DNA of 64,000 bases, from contig OX597837.1 in the NCBI GenBank assembly GCA_951406725.2, positions 18,228,001 to 18,292,000 of the forward strand, read 5' to 3'. A model generated the notes under the pieces. The model was not told where the DNA came from. It saw only the letters and a list, made by a program, of their open reading frames with translations, and did no database searches. The position numbers were made by a program, and so were the translations under genes. Below, piece by piece: positions 14,791-27,700 of the stretch (its first letter is position 1; the number at the start of each line of letters is the position of its first letter). The stretch comes from Octopus vulgaris. Lineage: Eukaryota.

Positions 14791-17700
14791 TTAGATGGCT
14801 GTTGTCATTCCTTTGTTTATCTACCTTTTGACAGGTCTTCTTCATCTTTCAAGGTGTCTAAAATTCACCTTCCTAACAATGCAATGGGTGTACAGGATTA
14901 CAATAGCAGCTATGAGTGACCTGACAGTACACATATATAGGCACAGGCATGGACCTTTGGTTAAGAAGTTCACCTCATAGCGATATGGTTTGAGCTTCAA
15001 TCCCTCTTCATGTTACATTGGGCAAGTCTATTCTACTATAGTGAGTGGATTTGATGGAAAAAAACTGGATGAAGCACATCGTATGTGCATATATTTGTAT
15101 AACCCCATGCCAGCTTGGAAAAGAAAAAACTGAATATGGTGTATGATTGCGAGTATGTATTTTTATAATGATTTGATGAACTGAACTGGCCATGAAGGTG
15201 GGGCTAGTTATGTTTCTTGAAACCATTACACTTTATGGTATCTGTTATTTATCTCAAAGGTTATTTGCATTTGTCATTCAACCTCTGATGATTTGGAATG
15301 GATTTACAGAAAGAAACACGAAATAATGCATTTGTTCCTCACATATCGATCTTTTGAAATATAATGAACACAGCATAATAAACCATACTCATGCTCACAG
15401 ACACTCTAAAAGCACAGGTGTGACTATGTGATTGAGAAGTTTTTCATGTTGGCTGTTGACTCGCTGTCAAGTATAATAACTTTTCGTGTTAAAATCATAA
15501 ATGTAGTACCTTCTTGTAATGAGCTTCCACAGTAACATAGCTATACAACATTGTGATCAAACCAAGATACCTATGGCAATGCAATGAAGGACACTTGCAT
15601 AGTCAACCAAAGGATCACAACTTCATTACGCTACACATCACCTGGTGTCTCCGTGAGTGAGAAAATTAGAGAAGTGGTGCTATTTCATTCTCAGACATGC
15701 ATGATACCCCAACTGCTACAGCTAAAAGCCCACCATCTGTTTCTTTCATGAAGTCTGTCTTGATTTGTACATAGAAAAAGAGAGAAGGGTACAAAATTTA
15801 CATAGACAAGTTTTATTGCGACAAATTGCACCCTGTAAAAGTTTAAAATCAATAATGTGGCAACAAGCCAAATAAAATATGAGAAACCCAGAGGCTACAA
15901 AAACTGCAACTTTTAAGTATTCTTCTCCCATGTGCAATAACACACACACACACATATATTATTATCCCCATTTGATGTCCATTTTCCATGTTGGTCTGGG
16001 GTAGATGGTTCATCAGGAGCTGGCAAACCAGAGGACTGCCAAGCTTCAATGTCTGCTTTGACATGGTTTCTACTGCTGGATGCCTTTCCTAACACCAACC
16101 ACTTTACAAAGTGCACTGGGTGCTTTTTACATGGTATCAGCATCATTAAGGTGACCTAGTAATTCACAAGACAAGACCCCTAAGGGAAGTGACATTATGC
16201 CAAGTGAAGAGATGAGGTAACAAACAGGTATTCTGTTGTAGAAGAAGGAGATAGATGGCTACTCCTGATGGGAAAGAGTAAAGATGGTGGCAAAAAGATG
16301 TCAAGAGTGACCCTCATCTTACTGGACGGTGAATATAAGTGGTGCAGAGGATTGGACTAGGTGAGTGAGTAGGTAGATTTGCCAGAATGTGAAAGGAGAG
16401 TGGCAGATGGATAGGGGGGAATGGAGTGGGTGTTAGGAAGACAAGTTGTGTGAAGGGTGGGTGTTGGGAAAATGTTGTGAAAAATAAAACTCATCAGGGA
16501 CAGATTGGGTGCAGAGGCATTGATATAAATGATATGCTTTTAAGACTTCTTTATTTTTGCTTAGAAGAATGGGTTTTCTTGAGCACTGCAACTCACCAAT
16601 TACCTCAGTTCATCTAGCATCTTCCTCTTCCACAGGTTCTATTCACATTTAGTGGTAGGCACTTTATGCAGCTATCCTCATCGATATGCATCACATTACT
16701 ATAGCATTGCAGTCTTTTCTCTAGCACACTACATCTGATGCTCCTTATGCCCAATTTTTCTTTCAACACATTTGCACTTTGTCATAGATATATGCTGATA
16801 TTTCACATTCAGTGGAACATGCTATCTTTCATTTCTTCCTGGCTTTTGCTTGCCCTCTGGATTCACATCCCAAATTTCACTACCAGTTAACATTGTTGTT
16901 CATACACAAGCATCAAAAATCTGCCTTTCACTCTAAGAAAGAGGCCTATTCTGTTGGATGACTATGAATTCTTTTGAATTCATACACTCTTAGCTAGTTT
17001 ATTTTTCATCTCACAGGGTACCTAAAATTCATCTGCCTCACTAGGTAGGTTTTGTTGGATTGCCAGCTTTGCCACTTACATGTAGTAGCCTATGTGGTTA
17101 TCATTCTAATAGTTTCTAGTTATCTGATAGAACATACATGCATATACACAAAGGAGTCCTGAAAAGTTCCTGGCTTTAAAAGTGTTGCAAAAAGCCTGGT
17201 TGGAGACCCAACTTTCCAAGTTCTTTTACAGGGCTTAATTGAAGAACCACTGTAGTAAGTGTATGAAGCTGAGATGAGAATAAGTTGAATAAAATCATAA
17301 TTAACGGATCCTCCTTGTGTCTATGTGTGTGTATATATACACACACACAAACACACATGCCTTGTCTTACTTTGGGCCCTCAGGTTGGGATGAGGTATTG
17401 GGGGTGCCATCTTGTCATATGCTATTTGCTGTCTTGAGCGTTATTACTCTTGGTGGATCCTATCTATTCTAGGTGTGACTATAGCTGAAGTCTTCCAAAA
17501 AGAGGCAAGTATGCTATGAAGGGTCAACTGCATATATATATAAGAGAGAGGGAGAGAGTTGAAATTTACAGAAAAACATAGGACGAAGACAGATGTATAA
17601 ATAACAAGCAGAAATATTAGTTTGACGTTCGGGAAGGTGACACTCACGCACACACATTTGTTGCTGGTGTGTTAATATTTTGTTTCCGTGCTACTCGGAT

Positions 17701-20637
17701 TTTTCAACCAGTACTCTGTAGACCAATTTACAGACAGTAAAAGAATGTAAAAGAGCGAACCAGTGAACAAATTTCAATCTCCTGTTGGGATTTCTTTTGT
17801 GGACTGGTCACAGACACAGTTGGGTTTACTTCAAGTTTTTAATGATAGTAGGTCAAATGCTGTCTTTGAGAACAGTTAAAGAGGCCATTGAAGAAATTTT
17901 AACCTGATTGAAATTAGACCCCCCCCCCCTTTTTTTTTTCTTCTTTCCACAAAGATATTGTAAAGACCTTTAGATCTTACTAGACCTACAATGTTGGCTA
18001 AAGAAATCTATAGATATATTCTGTACTACATCGTTGGTATTAGGAAAGGCGTCCAGCCTCAGAAACCAGGTGGTGATAACTCTCAGAATTGTTTCACACT
18101 ATTACAACTCGTCCAATTCGTGACAACACAGAAAATAGACGTTAAAATGAATGTGTGTGTGTGTGTGTGTGTGTGTCCAGCTTCTGACTCAGAAGCATCT
18201 TGCCTCCTCTTTCTTCCTTTTCCACTAATACAAAATAGCCTTTATTTCTTGGGCTTCTGTTGCCTTCACTCTGGCACTTCCATCCGACTCATCTCTTCTG
18301 CTCCCAACACACTTGCGTCCAGGCACGTTAATCACCACTCCCAGTCCTTCCTTTCCAAACTGAAAACCCCTGGAATTCCCTTCTTGCTCATATCTTTCCC
18401 ACAATTTTTGGCTTATTCAAAAGGAATATTATCCTATCAGAGGGTCGGGAAAGACCATGGGTACTGCCCCTTCTTCCACTAAAATAGAGTTGCCTTTATT
18501 CTGATTTATGGGCAATTAACCAATAGTTCACACGCGCGCATATGTGCATATACATGTGTACGCATAAGTGCATATGAATATGTATGTACTCAAGTGTGTG
18601 CAACTACATACACAGACCACATTTAGTAAGATATTTTGCTTTAAGATAGGAAAGCTATGAAGTCTAACAAAGGCATATCAAAAATGACATGATGTAATGT
18701 TTATACTTTTATTACATCCACTACTGTTCAGTTTTGAAGTTTGCCCCACTTTGCCTGTGTATAGGTGTGTACATACGCGAACACCGTTTTGTATTATTAG
18801 TGTGCAGAATGTCTAAGGACTCATTCTCGTTGCTTCCGCCCACCTCTGCTAACAAATGCACACACACGCATATCCCACAGTTTAATGAACTCAACATTTT
18901 CACCATGGTTTTTCATGTCGCTGAAGCCTTACTATATATATATATATATATACACACACACATATAGATAGCTAGATAAATACACACAAACACGTACACA
19001 ACCCTTGCTGTGTATATGTATTATGAAAGTGTGTTATGTAGTAGCCAACATATTTTCATGTTGCAACAAACGGCACCGGATGAACTAGGTTGTTGTTTGC
19101 ACGTGACTCTTATCGACCAACCATGCGTCGGAATCCAAGTACGCATGCGTTGTTAGATTCCGCTGTTCGTCTCCTCCCACCTCGACACTGTCCTTCCACC
19201 TCCTCACTATTTCTAACTCCTGTAACACCTCACCTTTCGCAATTGCCACTACGTCTGCTACCACCACCTCCTCCTCTTCCTCTTATAACAGTAGTGGATG
19301 TAGTAGTAGTAGTAGTAGTGTCAACAGCGACACTACTATAGATGTGTCTATGTAGGGAGCTATGTAATAATATTGTGTATGTACATACATAGATGTATGC
19401 GTGTGGCAGATTACATGTGTATATATATATATATATATATACATACACGTATGAGTGTGTGTAGAATGACACTCTGCTAGATAGACGTATATGTTTTATA
19501 TACGTCTGTCTTGTATAGCTCACAACATTGATACTTCTCTTTGCTTTTACTACTGGGGTGTATAAGCACATGTTTTCATACATTTAATTCTGTTAATACA
19601 ACTAGTAGTAGTAGTAATAATAATAATAATAATACTGCTAGTACTACCACCCACTCTGATACTACTACTGCTGCTGCTGTTTGCTACTTACCAGGAGACC
19701 TACTATCTATAACACCAATGGCCTGCTACAACTGACTTCAAACGATCCACTTACGGCCATCAGGTTAGCAATACAAGCTTTTCGTTAGCTTTTTATCTGG
19801 CTCTATATTTTTCTTTTTGCGCGTGTGTGTGTGTGTACACACTCACACACATTAAAAAAAAAACCTGGTGTGTGTCTAAACACACATTAGGTTTGTATGT
19901 TATTTTTCGTTTCCTTCGATTGCTGTATGAACCCCCACACACTTATCATAACCTGTCCATGTAATGTCTCCCTACCTCTTTTCTGGCAATAATAAAGAAC
20001 GAATTATCATCATCACATACACCCATAACAAGTGTGTGTTTTTCATACACCCATTGTCATTTCTTCCTTTGAGCTGAAATTGATAGCAACACCATCAATG
20101 GCTAACAGTTTATTGATGGCTATCAATCAGCTTATATTTTCATGCCTCGTACTACATTTTTGCTCTGGTAGTAGTAGTGCGTATGTATGTGTATGTATAC
20201 ATCATCATATACACACACACACATATACTATACCTTCTGGTACTGCTAGTGGTGCTTGTATGGTACGATTTGTAGTAGCTGTATTTGTTGATGGTATAAC
20301 AGCTTTGGCAGTATTAGTTAGGGGTGCGTGTGTGTGTTTTTAGTACCCTGCTCGTCCCCATGAAGTCCCGTTTCTCGACACATTCGTTTATGACACTTGT
20401 TCGACATTTATTTCCACCCCCTCCTTTAACATAGACATTACACCTTCCTCCTCTCTCTTTCAACTCTATCATTTTTCTTGTAACACACCAAAGTCGTCAT
20501 CACCAGCGTCATGGAGTTTTTTTTAATCTTTTTTTTTTGTTTTTCTTTTAGAATTTAATATATTTTCGATAGAGATTTTTTGTGGATAAATAGATCTGTT
20601 TATACAGTAACTGTACCTATTTGACACTGTGGTGGAA

Positions 20638-20689
<52 letters not shown>

Positions 20690-21393
20690 CACATATACAG
20701 AGTATTTGTTATAAAAGAAATGTTTATCATCACCATTATTACATCCATCGCCGCCATCACGTCACCCATACCCTTCCTCTTTTTGCTGATTGTATTTTAT
20801 TGCTCGCCTATTATTACAACTGCTACCTACCATCACCAGGAAGATGATTATTATTAAACTCACTATCCTTACTTCAACCGTTACTGAAATGATTTTTTTA
20901 AAAACACAATTGCTCTTTGGACGAGCATTTTTAAATATGGTGGTGATGATGATGAACACAATAATAATAATAATACTGATAATCAATATTTGTATTATTA
21001 CATGGTTGAGGTGCTCCTCCGCTTAAACTCAACAAGAGAATGTCTATGTGGTCGTTCGGCATGCTAAAAATAGCCGTAAAATCGTACCCTACTGCCTTAA
21101 ATAAGAAAAGGACATATTGGATAATGTAGTCTTGCGTATCCCTAAGAAAAACGTGATGTTAGCGAGAATGTCTTTGATCATTGGTATGCTCGATCGGGGA
21201 TTGACCTATGGTTAAACAACACCAACAAACCTCATTGATAACGCCCTTGGAAGAAGCATAAACGTCATTACAAGCCGTTTTCCCTCAACTGTAGTATTAT
21301 TATTCGTTCGATTATATTTTCTGCTTATAAACCATAGTGCATATGTTAAATCTTCCATTTCCATTGTACTCCCACCCCAAAATGATCTAGGGA

Positions 21394-21424
<31 letters not shown>

Positions 21425-21669
21425 GCCATGAATTAAACAGAAATTGTGATAGCAGTCCAGCATTAGTTTGATGTTTGAAACAACAGTTTCTCTCCCCCCC
21501 CCCTCTCTCTCTCTCTCTCGTCTTCTTGATGGGCGTCCTTCTCTGCCCTCTACCTACATATAACATACACCACTGTGATGGTTTAAAACTGGAGGCTTCT
21601 CAGTCTTTCAGCTCTACCATCTTTTAATTCCATTTTTCTCCACCTGATGTGTGTGTATATATATTATAT

Positions 21670-21715
<46 letters not shown>

Positions 21716-24700
21716 GCTCGCGCGTATAGACGTATATAATATACATACATTCTTCCTCACCTATTCCAGCCACGTGTTATGCAATAAGACATATCAATAA
21801 CCTTTTTTTTTTTTGTTAATTTACTACAACCCGCTGATCGATATGAAACTGCGGAAATCTTGTGTGTAGTGTTGGTTATCTGTAGACGTTGCCATGTTGG
21901 ATATGTTTTTATTGCAACGTGCCCGTTAGATGGATGTTCAATACACAAACTGGCCTGCTGCTGCTGCTGCTATCTCGACTACTGTCATTTCTGCAATCCA
22001 TAACTGCTGCTGTTACTACTACTACTACAATTAATGGCTATTATATTTATAGAGGATAGATGAACGTTTATGTTTACAAACGATAAAAGTAAAGTACGTG
22101 TAAAATTTTATGAAAAGATGGAGCTTCTTGAATCGTTAGTCTGGTTTCACGTTTGGGATTATTCAAATGAATGTTTTGAATTTTGAGTCATCAAGGAAAC
22201 GTGAAACTCAGCAACGATTCAGGAAGCTCCAGCTTCTCATAAAATAATTACAAGCCTGCGCGCGCGTGTATGTGTGTAATATATATGCGTATTCTTCTTG
22301 AACTATCTTTTCGATAATGTTCGAATTTACAAAGTTCCATAGTCAGCTCTCATCTTGCAGAATTTCTCTTATCCCTTTAGATAACCCTATGGGAAGGCTC
22401 TCTCCGCCCCTTGTATGCTATTACAAACCGGAAGTTTTGGTTCATAGTATGGTATGGCACGTGCAAAAGAAAATCTGTGAACGTTCCCCTTCTGAAGATT
22501 CCATGTAATTCATTTATTTCGCATCCATGTTCGAGATGTGTGTTCACGCAAAATAACTGGTACACTTTATTTACAAAACTCTATTTATTGTAGTGCCCAC
22601 TGTATGTATTTTGGGTGTCCATTTATTGCTGTTCAGAAAGAATCTCCGGGATCCATTCTTCTAGTGATGTGGACACAAATCTGTTCTCATTTATGAAGAC
22701 ATGTCCCAGAGAGCAATAGTTGTTTACGAAGGGAGGTAATGAACACAAAGAATTTGTAAACCAAACTTAGCTGGAATTGCCCCAGTTTAATTTGCATATG
22801 TCCAAGTAATCTGTCACTGATTTTATGTTAGCTAGTTTTGTCTCCCCTATTGTGAGAGTCTGTTTTTATTAAAGGAGATTTTCTATTGCTGGTCAACACT
22901 GAACAATTTGATTCTTCTGCATTTATTAAAGTAGTTTCAAAAAGTCGAATAGTTTCAGCTTTTTAGTGTGGCGGCTGTTCCATGTTTATCGGTATTGAAT
23001 GGGATTAATTTTAAGGTAGTAATGAATTTCTTGAATCTTTTCCTTTTGAACGGCACATGTTAACACTTTTAAACTTCGTATACTGGTAGAATGTGTTTAT
23101 AAAACATCATTTTTTCTTATCTTTATTGAGAAAATTCTATATGTTGTAACATATTTCCACTTTAATTTCAAGCATTTCGGCAATTTTAACCAATCGCTGA
23201 CCTCCATTTGGGGTGAAAACATTCCATGCTGTATGAATATGTCCCTCGTTTAAGAAACAGATTGGGTTTATTTACATTTGCGAAGAAAAAAGATACCCTT
23301 CCCCTAAATCTAAAATAGATTCAAATGCAATAGATCGATACTAGGGTTATAATTATGGGTGACAATTTCATACGACACCGCTACGGAAAATGGGATTTTT
23401 TTCTAGCGGTGTCAAATGAAAACGTCACCCATAATTATAACCCTAGTATCGATCTATTGCATTTCAATCTATTTTAGATTTAGGGGTGGGGGAAGGGTAT
23501 CTTTTTTCTTCACAAATGTAAATAAACCCAATCTGTTTCTTAAACGAGGGACATATTCATACAGCACGGAATGTTTTCACCCCAAATGGAGGTCAGCGAT
23601 TGGTTAAAATTGCCGAAATGCTCGAAATATCTTACAAACTATAGAATTTTCTCAATAAATCCAAGAAATAATGATGTTTTATAAATACATTCTACCAGTA
23701 TACGAAGTTTTAAAGTGTTTAGTTAACTAGAAATTGTGTTGACATGTGCCGTTCAAAAGGAAAAGATCCAATTTCTTTGATATCTGTTGTAAGTCAAGAT
23801 TATAGACATGCATCAACTTAGACGATGTTAGACAAACAGTCAACATTTAGGAAAGATATTTTATCTGACTCGCAACTGATGATGTATATTAGAAGATGGT
23901 TGTCTGTTAATGTTTATAAGTGTTTCTAATTTAAGCATTTGACACATGACTGATACTTTATTTTATCAGACCTGAAAGGATTTCAATTCAATGTTTACTG
24001 GAACAAATACGGCAAGACATTTTTCCAATGTTCTTATGATTCTACCAGCTTTCCACCTTTGTATAATAAGTAACATAAAGGTCAGGATCTAAAGAAGATG
24101 GACAGTGTTCAAACAACTGCTGTTGTTAAACAATTTTTCTCCAGATTACATGCAGCATGAGGCTAAAAAATATGGAACATTTAATGCATATGAACTGCTT
24201 GTGGTTGGAAAGAAAAGAATTGAGTATAGTCTGTTAGAAATAGGAAGTGTGTTTAAGATAATAAACTGGACATGAAAGCAGTAATAGATGTATTATTATC
24301 ACAAGGAGTTAAGTGCAGAAGTTGGAATATAGGTTTGAAGCTAGAATTCCTGAAAAGTTTTTAATTTCTGAAGTTGATAACATTACAGTCCTCTACCATG
24401 TGAATGGGTTTTAACTTTTTTTTTATTAATAGGGATGCAGACAGCTCCATTAAGTGAGTGTTGGCCATCTTATTTCATAAAGGTCCAAGCTAAGGTGATG
24501 GAGATCACATGTAGCACCAGTTAAAGTATTAATAGATTGCAATGAGAGGGTTTGTGTTCAAGCTTTGATACTGTATTCAGCTGGCTAATTCTATCAGCAC
24601 TCTCTAGTCTGTCAGGGTTTATTTATTTATTGCAAATGTTATTCCTGTCCCATTGACTATATTATCAGCTTGGTTTTGATGTTACAAAATAATTTCCAAG

Positions 24701-27700
24701 TACATTTTGTTTATTTTTCATTTACAGTCTTACAAAATGGACAGCTCAAAAGCAATGTTTTCAGGTTCAAATTACAAGATAATCATTTTGTCAATACTCA
24801 AACTACAAGCCGTTTGTTTACAAACCCCATTAGTAATGAGGCTGAATGCATAACCTCAACACATGTTATTCTTAGGTAAGTTTCAAATTTCCTATCATAT
24901 TACGTAAATTTTTTTTTTATTTTTATTCGTCATCCTCATCATTTAAACTCCCACTTTCCATGCTGGCTCAGATGGTTTGACTGGAAATGGCAAGCCAGAG
25001 GGCTGTGCCAGGCTCCAGTCTGACTTGGCATGGCTTCTGTGGTTGGATACCCTTCCTAATGCCAACCTCGAGAGTGAGGTGCATACATTTTACATTCCAC
25101 TGATACGGGTTCCATTTACATGACACCAGCAACAGCCATGATTATGATTCCATGGGTGCCATTTACATGACACTGGCAAGAGTTGAACATTTAGATATTT
25201 TTAATAAGCCTGTTTATACTTCTCATTTGAGTAATCCTTTATAAAGACAATAAAACCTACTTAAGCTTGTAAGTTGAGAGACTGGGCCATAGTTTTATGA
25301 AGTAACAAGAAATAATAGTTAAGGTTATTTGTAATAAGTTGTGTTATGTCAAAGATAACTGGAGGAGAGTAGTGCAATACATTAGAGTACATATAAAGGG
25401 TGCTGGTGGTACAAATATAGCACCCAGTACATGCTGTAAAGTGGTTGGCATAAAAAGAGCATCCATTCATAGAAACCATGCCAATATGGAACATGACAGT
25501 TAAATAATGATGGTAATGGTAGTCTTTGTTATTGATAATCCTATTAATTTTCTCTTGTAGATCATAGATGATTGGATTGTGTGAATTCGTGGAGAAAATT
25601 TTCACCATGGGTTTTGGATATCTTGACTCTTCATAAACCTTGCCAGAGAGATCTAGCTGGCTGAGTTGATTAGCTCTTAGTATACCAAGTGCAAAAGAAC
25701 ATTCAAATCTTGCTGCCTAACTCCATTATCATCTTTTAATATGTTTTCCATGCTGGCATGGGTTGGATTTGTGTTTAGATACCAAGGAGCGGTACAGTTC
25801 AATTACTATTGTACAATTGTTGACTAAGTGGCAAGTTGCAGAATTTTTGAGTGTCAGAAAAAAAGCTTTGCAGTATTTTTCAATTGCTGGCAAAGCCACA
25901 GTATTTTGTTTTGCAACTTCAATATATACTATGAAGTATGTTAAAGATTTATAAATTGATACTGTGCCTTACTTTTGTGTTAGCAGTGTGTTTTCATGCC
26001 TTAGTTTAGCTCTACACATTTTCTATGGAGTTCAGGGCCAGCACTGAAACTTATGACATTTTGTGTATGAATATATTTATGTAAACATCCATTACTTATT
26101 TTTCTGTCTTTGATTGTTTTGTTTACATAGGTGTATTCGTATATGAAGTATCATAACTTTCAGTGCTGACTATGAACTCTATAGAAAACCTGTAGAGATT
26201 AGACTTAAAAATTTGCAGTATTTGTTCCACTCTTTTTGTTCTGAGCTTAAATCCAAGATCAGTTTTGCCTTTAATTCTTTCAGGGTCAATATAATAAAGT
26301 TCCAGTCAAGTATTACTGGCTTGTGGCTAAATTAGAAACCATTATGATCAATGAATGCCTTGTACAGTGTTGTTATCAAATCCTTTTTACAGATTACTAG
26401 AGATAGCTATAACCATATCTTCCCTATACTATTATTGTTATTACCTATAGAGATTACAGAATTTGTTTTTTTCGTTGCCTTCACAGCTTCCCATGACTCT
26501 GCTATCATCCAATTCCATTATTATAAATTTGAATTGGTAGCTTGAGTCCTAGTGACTCTTTCATTAGCTGATTACACAAACATGGACACCACCCCTGTGG
26601 ATGCGTTGCAGTTACTCTTTTAATAGAGCTTGGTGATCCTGACTTGATTCCTCCACTCCACCATGCTGCAGTCCCATGACTTTGCCATATCACTAGCAGG
26701 ATGGTTGAACAGGTGCTATGCAGGGCACAGTCATCACTCCATCAGGTGTTTTCAAAATAACCGTATACTCTAATAGAATTAGTCAACTAATCAATCAGTT
26801 TTAATATTTTTTAAAATAATGTTTATACATCTTAGAGATGTGACCTAATTCCTTGGATTATAGATGAATGGTTCCATATTAGTTTGGTTCTGTCACTTCT
26901 GATGAATACTGAATCTTCTTCATTTAATACTGTTGATGTTAATACAACCTCCAATACTTTACTAAGAATATTTACAGTGTTCTTATACTCTGGAAATATG
27001 GAAAAATGTGTCCATTATATTTATTCAGCTGTTGTAGAGATTCCACTGATATATCACAGTATAAACATTGCTATCACTCTGTTCTTTATCTACTGATATA
27101 ATGAACAAAATGCTAAATGGTTGAATGGTGTTATGTAATTACTTCAGAATAAAAAAGATTTGGTCAGCATGTGACAGGTATAGCAGTTAGAAGATTTTGC
27201 AACCCTTTATTCACCACAGTACAACAATGCTTCCATTGTTTTTTGTGAAATTTCAAAAATAATAAAGATTTTGGCAATGTTTTAATAAATTCTTTGTGAC
27301 TGAGACCACCTAAAAAAAGTGTTGCTTGTACAGACCTCCAAGACTGCATCCACAAAAATCTCACCTGTCTAATATAGTTATTCATGGAACACTGTGGCCT
27401 CTTTCACAGGTGCACTGACTTCTCTTTCTGTTTTTTTTCTCTACCAGTATTATAATGGCCTCTGCTCCTCATAGCTGTTTGGGTTCATGCTGCATCCACT
27501 TTGGCATTCCTGACGACCCACTTGTCATTCTTGTTGTGTCCAAATGCCTGGTCCATCTTTCCCAGAATATCATCCCTCTGGAATTCCCTTTCTGCTTTTG
27601 TCTTTCTCACTGGTGTTGTCTTGCAATGGTCATTAACAGACCAGCAAATATTGCTAGTTAAAAAAAGTACTTTGCAGCAGGGATCCTCTAACTAATAAAT

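Noticed and set aside
17991-18482. 163-aa ORF
   Set aside because: It runs through a SINE tail, (TG)n and a decayed LINE 3' end (PWNSLL..IFP-like in another frame); no splice-compatible exon.
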